Positions 57,245 through 64,000 of a DNA stretch of 64,000 nt are shown here, one piece after another. The translations under genes and the position numbers were made by a program. This DNA is from Anaerolineae bacterium (lineage in GTDB: Bacteria; Chloroflexota; Anaerolineae; Promineifilales; Promineifilaceae). The DNA is taken from NCBI GenBank assembly GCA_023954475.1, contig JAMLHW010000019.1, forward strand, positions 2,768 to 66,767, written 5' to 3'. Numbering within the stretch: position 1 is the stretch's first letter; each line of letters opens with the position of its first letter. The notes under the pieces were generated by a model. The model made no database searches. It was not told the origin of the DNA and saw nothing but the letters and a program-made list of their open reading frames with translations.

Positions 57245-58323
57245 GACATCTTCTCGCGGCGCCAGCGTGCGCCGTTTACCGCATAAATTTCTTCCAATAT
57301 GTCCGTCACCGTGTAGCGCAACTGCCAGTCAGGATAGTGGCGTTGGAATTTGCGCACATCGCTGATCCACCAGATGTGATCACCGACGCGGTTTGAGTCT
57401 TGATACTGCCATTGCAGGGGACGCCCGACAATCTGCTGACACAAGTCGATTGCTTCGAGAAGCGAGCAGTTGGCAAAACGGCTGCCTCCGATATTGTATA
57501 CTTCGGCGACACGCGGGTTTTGGAAAAAATGATAAAAAGCGTTGACAAGGTCGCTGCTGTGAATGTTGTCGCGCACTTGTTTGCCGTGATAGCCATAGAT
57601 GGTGTAAGGGATGTCGCTGACTGTGCACTTCATCAGGTAGGACAGGAAACCGTGCAGTTCTGTGCCGGCGTGACCGGAACCGGTCAGGCAACCACCGCGA
57701 AAACACGCTGTCTTGAGGCCAAAATATCGGCCGAATTCCTGCACAAGCACATCGGCAGCCACTTTAGACGCACCAAACAGCGAATGCATACTCTGATCAA
57801 TACGCATCGTTTCGTCAATACCGGCATAAAAGTTGTGAGCTGCATCGATTTCCCAACGCGTCTCGTGTTCCAGCAATGGCAACTGGTTGGGACTGTCCCC
57901 GTAGACCTTATTGGTTGAGCAAAAAATGAAGACAGCATCCGGGCAAAAATGCCGGGTTTGTTCCAGCAGGTTGAGCGTACCGTTGGCGTTGACATCGAAG
58001 TCAGTGAACGGATCGCGGGCTGCCCAATCATGCGACGGTTGGGCGGCAGCATGAATGATCAGCGCAATCTCTTTGTTATATGCAGCAAATAAGTCACGCA
58101 TCGCCTGGCGGTCACGGATATCGCTGTCGTAATGAAGATAAGCTGGGCCATATTTTGCCTGGAGACGGCGTTTGTTCCATTCGGTTGATGCGTCTGCGCC
58201 GAAAAACACGCGACGCATGTCATTGTCGATTCCGACAACGGTATAACCCAACTCACAAAAAAAACGTACAGACTCAGAGCCTATTAACCCTGCTGACCCG
58301 GTAACCAGAATAACACTCATCAA
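57241..58323 (-). CDS. NAD-dependent epimerase/dehydratase (CDP-paratose 2-epimerase-like SDR)
   Basis: [18 protein letters not shown] Rossmann motif and the [10 protein letters not shown] catalytic YxxxK. ATGA overlap with the downstream gene. Confidence 0.85.
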   Translation of the reverse strand: MMSVILVTGSAGLIGSESVRFFCELGYTVVGIDNDMRRVFFGADASTEWNKRRLQAKYGPAYLHYDSDIRDRQAMRDLFAAYNKEIALIIHAAAQPSHDWAARDPFTDFDVNANGTLNLLEQTRHFCPDAVFIFCSTNKVYGDSPNQLPLLEHETRWEIDAAHNFYAGIDETMRIDQSMHSLFGASKVAADVLVQEFGRYFGLKTACFRGGCLTGSGHAGTELHGFLSYLMKCTVSDIPYTIYGYHGKQVRDNIHSSDLVNAFYHFFQNPRVAEVYNIGGSRFANCSLLEAIDLCQQIVGRPLQWQYQDSNRVGDHIWWISDVRKFQRHYPDWQLRYTVTDILEEIYAVNGARWRREKMS

Positions 58324-58341
58324 TCTACCACGAGATACAAA

Positions 58342-59154
58342 CTATGCCGGACTCGCGAGTCCTTCTTCGGAGATCGTTGCTGCCAGGTGACGCGCCTCCT
58401 CTTCACCCGGCAATCTGTGGGCGAAAGGCGGTGCGACAGGTGTGCATATTACAGTTCGGGCAAACGGTTCTGTAGCCCGGAAATCAACCCGAAAGCCGGC
58501 ATTGGCAAGTAGGGATTCGAGCGCGCTGGGCGAAAGTCCCCAGAACCAGTTGCCGAATCCTTGCTCCGGCTCAAACCCATTGGTTATGCCGACCTGATGA
58601 GTCACGCCCAGGTTGGCAAGATTCCACAGTTTGCGATCAGTGGGGCTCAACATCGGCCAATAGACGGCCATGTTGGGTAGTGCCCGATTTTCCGGAATGG
58701 TTGACGTGCGCAGGATCAACATCTCGCCGCACATGCGGCGCAGCGCCACCAGCAGATCGAACGGGCTGGGGTGGTGATACAGTACCCCGGCACAGAACAC
58801 GATGTCTACAACTCCGACCTGGGCGATTGTATCGGGATGTGTGGCGTCACCTAGAATGAATGTCACGTTGGAGTTGCGTGCCTGTTTTTTCTCCTCAAAC
58901 TCGGGCGTCGGACCGAAAACGTCAACGCCTTTTACCTCAGTCGCGCCGGATTCTTCAGCGATGAAGGCGTATTCGCCGTTGACGCCCCACATGCAGCCGA
59001 TGTCGACGAAACTGCGGCCGGCGGCGTGGTTGCGGATGTAGTCGGGCAACTTTGCATAATTACCGACGTGACGACCCAAATACGCCATTGCGTAGCGCCA
59101 TATGTAGTTGATGGAGCGATTTTTGAACAAGTGTACTTTGATGCGATACCACAT
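58342..59154 (-). CDS. class I SAM-dependent methyltransferase
   Basis: 270 aa ORF with SFVDIGCMWGVNG...VKGVDV (motifs I/II). GGAGAA lies upstream of the ATG. Confidence 0.7.
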   Translation of the reverse strand: MWYRIKVHLFKNRSINYIWRYAMAYLGRHVGNYAKLPDYIRNHAAGRSFVDIGCMWGVNGEYAFIAEESGATEVKGVDVFGPTPEFEEKKQARNSNVTFILGDATHPDTIAQVGVVDIVFCAGVLYHHPSPFDLLVALRRMCGEMLILRTSTIPENRALPNMAVYWPMLSPTDRKLWNLANLGVTHQVGITNGFEPEQGFGNWFWGLSPSALESLLANAGFRVDFRATEPFARTVICTPVAPPFAHRLPGEEEARHLAATISEEGLASPA

Positions 59155-59168
59155 GGAGTCTGATTCTC

Positions 59169-61853
59169 CTATTTTATGGGCAGTGATTTGTTGGTTTGGT
59201 TGTGACGGGTTGCTTCGGCCGAAAAACCTCGCCGTCCCACAGGTACATACGGTTCACTGCGACCTAGACGTTCAACCCGGCGCTGTGACCGCCACAACGC
59301 CCACGGCCCCATCAGTTGACCGGCGATTTCCAGAGCATGATACCGTAACGGATAATCAGTTTGACGCAACAACCAGAGAATCAATCGGTAAACGTGCCCA
59401 ATCGGCAATTGTACCAGCAGATAAAACAGGCTGCGCCGATCATGCTGCTTCAACCAGATCAGCAGATGATAGGCAACATGTCCTTTACTGTAATTGAACA
59501 GTTGCCGCCGTAACGCCGCTGTGCTGGTTCGATGCTCATGCCAGACATAGGCAGTCGGTTCATAGACAATCGTATTACCGGCACGCAAAATCTGGTAAAA
59601 CGCATACGTATCTTCACTGCAACCGGTTGGTGAGCCTGCGCCAAGCGCTTCTTCGAGCAGGCCAATTTCGGGATGACTGTAAATAGTAGCACGAAATGCG
59701 GCATTTGCCGTCGCGCCTAATTCCCAAGTCTTCAATCCCCGAAAGCGTGTGGCGACAAACCAGTCATAAGCCGTTCTGCGCGGTTCAAAGCCGCGTCCGA
59801 GTCCGCCATATTGCTCAAACAATTGTTGAGCGCGATTATCCAGTCTGTACGGCAGGACGTTGCCTGTCACGGCCATGACATCCGGATCGACAAAAGGTGC
59901 TACGAGGCGCTCCAGCCAATCGGGAGGCATGACGATATCATCATCGGCGCACACGATGATGTCGCCGCTGCTGGCCACAATGCCCGCGTTGCGCGCATAG
60001 GAAAGACCGGGCCGCTTCTCGGTGACATAGATAACCTGAGGGAAGTCGGTGATAACAAATCGGCTTTGACCCGACATCGGGTTGTTGTCGACGACAATCA
60101 GCTCAACCGTGCGGGAGGTTTGCTGTTGTTGAATGTGTTGCAGGCAGCGGCGCAAAGCGGCTGATCGATCGTAGGTTGCCACGACAATCGAGACAGATTG
60201 ATCGTCGGGCAGCGCCGCTAATACTGGTTGAACAGGTGCTGGGCTTCTGTCGTCTGTTTGTTGTGTGAGCCGGGCCATCAGCGCGCTCGTTGCATCCTCT
60301 GACACCTGACCGGTTACGGCGGCTAGAATCTCAGGGGTTAATTGATCCGCAATGCCGTCCATGAATTCTTTATCACTGATGGGATGATGGAAGTTGTCAA
60401 ATTCGGCCGAACCCAGCAGCTTACCCTGCCATGAGACAAACACCTGAACGCGATGATACGTTTCCGTATCCGGGGGCACGGCGACTGACTCGCTCAGATC
60501 GATTTGATGCACCAGCCAGGCGTTTGGCGGTGCTGCGTGCGGGAACTTGTGAATTCGGCCGACTGGCGGCAGCTTTCGGCCGAATTGTCGGGCGCGGCGT
60601 TTCGCCTGGCGTTGGGCACGACCGTACCGCAACATACCGCGAAACGTTCCCCAGAACTCAGTCACAATCAAATCACGCGGAAACGTATACGACGGCTGCA
60701 GCGACAGCAAAAAACGGCGGCCATACCACCACAGCCACCACCAGATCATCAAATACGTGATGCCGCGCCATTCCCGTGGATAGTGGCGCAAATTGCGCAC
60801 GATATGGGCATAAAATCCGATGCCGTTGTTGGTGATTTGTGTGCGCAGTTCACCGTATGTCTGCCGGTGGCGATGTCGGACGATTGCCTGCGGTTCATAG
60901 ACCAATGTCAAGCCTTCGTGCACCACGCGAAAGAACATATCCAGATCGCCGCCACCGTTGGTGAGTGTGCCGACGTCGAGTGCCGGGTCAAAATAGCCGA
61001 TTTCCTGGAAAATGGCTGTGCGGAACGCCATGTTGGCACCTGTGCCAAAGCGCCCGCTGCCGACGAAATACCGCCCGTTAAACCCGGAGAGGAACCGGTA
61101 TCCGCGCGTCCATTCCCGACGATAACCACGCCCAAAACCGCCGTAGGCTTCAAAAAGCTGCTGCGCTTCCGTTTGCAGTTCCAGCGGTAATACCAGGCCG
61201 GTAACGGCGGCGACATCGGCATCGTCACGGAATAGACGTGCCACTGCCCGCACCCAGCCCGGATCGACGATGACGTCGTCATCTGTAAAGGCGATGACTT
61301 CGCCGTATGCTTCGCTGATGGCCTGGTTGCGTGCCCAGTTCAGTCCGGGGATCGGCTCGCAGATATAGCGCATTTCGGGAAATTCGGCCGATAACAACGC
61401 CTTGGTCGCATCGTCAACCGGCGCATTATCAACTACCAATATATCCAGATGGGGGTAGTCCAATCGGCGCAAGGCGCTGAGACAATGGCGCAGTGAGGCG
61501 GAGCGGTTACGCGTACAAACCGCTACGGTGACCAGCGGCCAGTGATCTGTTGCAGGAGATTCGGCCGATTTTTCAAGTGACGGCCACTCGCAACCTGAAT
61601 CAGGTGGGTGTTCAGCTAGCTTGGGCAGCGCATCGCGGACGAGGAGCCTGACCGTATCAATGCTTATCTGCTCACAGAGTGCTTGACGGATTGTTTCTGC
61701 ACTGCAAACGCCGTTTTTTACACCGACCTGGACACAACCCAGCGGTGTGCCGTACCACCGCACCAATACATTGACAGCGTGCCCTGTTAATTGGTGCAGC
61801 GTTGGAACAGAATCTGCCAGATCGATATCACGTACGTCAATGGGTCTAAACAC
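59169..61853 (-). CDS. dual-domain GT2 glycosyltransferase (two tandem GT-A modules)
   Basis: Two copies of the GT2 pattern. The first is VTVAVCTRNRSASL...VVDNAP...AFTDDDVIVDPGW. The second is VSIVVATYDRSAAL...VVDNNP...VCADDDIVMPPDW. Confidence 0.85.
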   Translation of the reverse strand: MFRPIDVRDIDLADSVPTLHQLTGHAVNVLVRWYGTPLGCVQVGVKNGVCSAETIRQALCEQISIDTVRLLVRDALPKLAEHPPDSGCEWPSLEKSAESPATDHWPLVTVAVCTRNRSASLRHCLSALRRLDYPHLDILVVDNAPVDDATKALLSAEFPEMRYICEPIPGLNWARNQAISEAYGEVIAFTDDDVIVDPGWVRAVARLFRDDADVAAVTGLVLPLELQTEAQQLFEAYGGFGRGYRREWTRGYRFLSGFNGRYFVGSGRFGTGANMAFRTAIFQEIGYFDPALDVGTLTNGGGDLDMFFRVVHEGLTLVYEPQAIVRHRHRQTYGELRTQITNNGIGFYAHIVRNLRHYPREWRGITYLMIWWWLWWYGRRFLLSLQPSYTFPRDLIVTEFWGTFRGMLRYGRAQRQAKRRARQFGRKLPPVGRIHKFPHAAPPNAWLVHQIDLSESVAVPPDTETYHRVQVFVSWQGKLLGSAEFDNFHHPISDKEFMDGIADQLTPEILAAVTGQVSEDATSALMARLTQQTDDRSPAPVQPVLAALPDDQSVSIVVATYDRSAALRRCLQHIQQQQTSRTVELIVVDNNPMSGQSRFVITDFPQVIYVTEKRPGLSYARNAGIVASSGDIIVCADDDIVMPPDWLERLVAPFVDPDVMAVTGNVLPYRLDNRAQQLFEQYGGLGRGFEPRRTAYDWFVATRFRGLKTWELGATANAAFRATIYSHPEIGLLEEALGAGSPTGCSEDTYAFYQILRAGNTIVYEPTAYVWHEHRTSTAALRRQLFNYSKGHVAYHLLIWLKQHDRRSLFYLLVQLPIGHVYRLILWLLRQTDYPLRYHALEIAGQLMGPWALWRSQRRVERLGRSEPYVPVGRRGFSAEATRHNQTNKSLPIK

Positions 61854-61975
61854 AAACCGTCTCTCGCTCTGTCAATTGAGCAGGATATGCCATCGCTTTG
61901 GTACAAACAAGCAACGCTCACATAGGAGAATGCTCATGGAGTCTTTCAGGAGTGTGCTGCTCAGGTCAAGGAAGC

Positions 61976-63577
61976 TCAAAACTCCTTATCTGCATTGCGG
62001 GGAATCTGCGAGACTCGATAAACGGCGTGATCTGGCTGTTTTGCCTTTACTTCATGTGTTTGAGGTTGCAGGAATGACTGTACGGATTTGTCTGATCGCT
62101 CGATCACAAGCATAAACAACATGGCGTGCAGGACAAACATCGTTGCAGTAAACAACATGATTAAAGGTGACAGCGTCGCCTGGCGCACGATGCTGAAGCC
62201 AAGACCAGCCAATAACAGGGTTACTGTTGCGAACTGCGGGATAAGCCAGCTTAAATTGAAACGATCTGCTTTAACTTTAGGTGTCGGCCGAAATCCCAGC
62301 GGCAGACGTATACATGCCATCACCCATGACAATGTATAAATGGGCCACGTGTTGAACACCAGAACAAACGGCTTGTACTGCATGCTGGAGCGTATTGATT
62401 TGTGCTGCCACTCTGCTAAAACCAACTGTCGAATCAAGGTGAACACAACCATCAGCGGGATGAACACGAGTAGATAGCTTTCAAATAACTGTCGCAGCGC
62501 AGCATTTGTTGAAAAAAGCACGATGATGGTTGCCAGAAGATGGGCAGCAATGAATACGCCCGCCCAATAGTAAGTCATTCTAACCGCATAGGATAGTTTT
62601 TGTCCGAGTTGCAATCGGCCGAATACGTTGGGATAAGCGGTAATCAGCAACTCAAAGACACCGCGTGACCACTTGAACTGCTGATTGAACCACGCTGTCA
62701 AATCAGGCGGTGCGACTCCGGGGGCAAGCGGTTCGTGCACATAACGCGATTGCCAGCCCGCCGCATGCAGCGCAACCGATGTTGCCAGATCTTCGGCCAA
62801 ACCCGGTTGATAGCCGCTGATCGATTCGAGGGCTGTACGTCGAATCAGCGCATTGCTGCCGATCAATGTAGCGCTGTTGATGCGATCGGCGCCGACTGAT
62901 GTCGGATTGTAGAAATCCATGCTGCTCTCACCGGCAGCTTGAGCAACCCAGCCGTCATTGTCGTTAGCAAATGTCAACATCACTTGCACAAATCCAACCG
63001 CAGGATCAGCAAAATACGGCAAACTGCGCAATAGAAAATCAGGTTCCGGTGCGTGATCAACATCAAAAATGACGATGATGTCGCCGTCGGTACGGTCTAG
63101 CGCGGCATTGAGATTGCCCGCTTTTGCATCGTCATTACCTGTGCGTGTCAAATAGCCGATGCCCAGACGGCTTGCCATTTGTTCCAGTCGGTAATCTGCT
63201 CCATCGTCGAGCAGCCACGTTCGATGGGCACCGTGCATGTTGTGGGCGGCAAGCACGGCGCGTTCGATGAGTGCGGGTTCCTCACCACAGGCAGTGATGA
63301 AAACATCGACACGCAACTGTGTTGTCAGGGGTATTGTGGTGTGCGGAGCGCGGTGGGCGGCAAGGTAGAGCGTCCAGTTTCCTACCATCTGTACCAACGT
63401 GTAGATCAACGCGGCGACAAACGGAATGAGCAGCCAACTTGAGTAAGCGACGCCCTGTGTCAACCACCAGGTAATGTAAATTATCAAGAAAAGGACACCG
63501 GTTGCAATAATGGCTGTGTCGCGTACGATTTTGGCCGTTTTGCGGCGTTTTTCTTTATCAATAATAGTGCTTTCCAT
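61976..63577 (-). CDS. processive GT2 beta-glycan synthase (cellulose/chitin synthase-like), no PilZ domain seen
   Basis: DDGAD, KAGNLNAAL, IFDVDHAP, AEDLATSV and QQFKWSRG (QxxRW) motifs, with N- and C-terminal TM bundles. Confidence 0.85.
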   Translation of the reverse strand: MESTIIDKEKRRKTAKIVRDTAIIATGVLFLIIYITWWLTQGVAYSSWLLIPFVAALIYTLVQMVGNWTLYLAAHRAPHTTIPLTTQLRVDVFITACGEEPALIERAVLAAHNMHGAHRTWLLDDGADYRLEQMASRLGIGYLTRTGNDDAKAGNLNAALDRTDGDIIVIFDVDHAPEPDFLLRSLPYFADPAVGFVQVMLTFANDNDGWVAQAAGESSMDFYNPTSVGADRINSATLIGSNALIRRTALESISGYQPGLAEDLATSVALHAAGWQSRYVHEPLAPGVAPPDLTAWFNQQFKWSRGVFELLITAYPNVFGRLQLGQKLSYAVRMTYYWAGVFIAAHLLATIIVLFSTNAALRQLFESYLLVFIPLMVVFTLIRQLVLAEWQHKSIRSSMQYKPFVLVFNTWPIYTLSWVMACIRLPLGFRPTPKVKADRFNLSWLIPQFATVTLLLAGLGFSIVRQATLSPLIMLFTATMFVLHAMLFMLVIERSDKSVQSFLQPQTHEVKAKQPDHAVYRVSQIPRNADKEF

Positions 63578-63734
63578 AATCGGTATGAATCAATATGCAA
63601 TGTTTGAAGCAATAAGTCACGAATGCGGACCAATAACATGACACAAGTCCTACGCATTTTCGGCGCGATCGTAGCACATTTTCGGCCGATAACGTAGCGA
63701 CTGACTCACCCCAACGCAAACCTTCTGGTCAAAT

Positions 63735-64000
63735 TCACACGATATGGCTACTGGTCATGCGCATTTTACTGCCTGAATCGTGATTGGCGGGACATGCATA
63801 GTCAAACTGCAATTTTACAACCATTTTATAATCAAATTCGGCGGTAAAATTCCTTGCTTTTGTGCTACACTGTAGGTGTTCAATCAGTACCGGGGTACTG
63901 TAAAACGAATTGAAGTTCAAAACAGCATAGGGAAATTGTGTGGTCATTTTGACCGCTTTGTCGCGCATGTCCGCGTAGTGCCGGTCTGCACTCGCACAGG
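63735..64000 (-). CDS. hypothetical protein, C-terminal part only (open frame continues past the right edge)
   Basis: The track ORF 63735-63968 stays open upstream to position 64000 (..CASADRHYADMRDKAVK..). The segment is low in GC and no family was recognised. Confidence 0.35.
   Translation of the reverse strand, partial: CASADRHYADMRDKAVKMTTQFPYAVLNFNSFYSTPVLIEHLQCSTKARNFTAEFDYKMVVKLQFDYACPANHDSGSKMRMTSSHIV

Noticed and set aside
1-64000. Whether the recurring TTCGGCCGAA word could be a CRISPR repeat, or the termini of a MITE/IS family.
   Set aside because: At 8-12 nt the word is too short. Its spacing is irregular (16 nt to more than 4 kb), most copies lie inside intact conserved CDS in all codon phases, and the flanks do not align. 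No cas or transposase genes were seen.

Overview
This is a densely coding, chromosomal-looking 64 kb window with about 55 protein genes. I recognised no rRNA, tRNA, CRISPR array, transposase or integrase.

The gene content and style suggest a filamentous Chloroflexota-like bacterium, but that is inference only. The basis is a giant SARP/BTAD-kinase-STAND-WD40 gene, several leaderless-looking starts, GC-rich multi-hairpin intergenic repeats, and ABC-transporter glycan genes.

Layout from left to right:
- 1-5150 (minus): oxidative pentose-phosphate operon (zwf, gnd, pgl) with an embedded glycogen debranching enzyme.
- 5198-9273: a three-gene lipid-like module, made of an acyl-ACP-reductase-like fusion protein, a SAP-domain protein and an acyltransferase.
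- Next: a voltage-gated channel with a GAF domain, an M14 carboxypeptidase, PcrA and an S1 protease.
- 19306-28340: two tandem paralogous BTAD-STAND regulator genes, both broken by frameshifts or a stop codon.
- Next: a YacP/NYN nuclease with a repeat tail, a solitary nuoN, a ClC channel, pdxH, ctaA, a P450, a PabB-PabC fusion and an O-antigen-ligase-like protein.
- 44128-48091: a MarR-led homogentisate operon, followed by two DinB proteins.
- 50409-63577: a 13 kb ABC-transporter-dependent glycan cluster.

The strongest signal not explained by genes is a highly iterated palindrome, TCGGCCGA (extended WTTCGGCCGAAW). I counted it about 90 times by eye, in all three codon phases and in intergenic DNA. 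This resembles cyanobacterial HIP1, but with a different word. It is absent from a 4.2 kb stretch whose low-GC part holds the decayed WD40 module.

Limits: everything is from reading the sequence and the ORF track. Motif positions are good to about +-2 nt. Counts and GC values are hand estimates. No database search was run.
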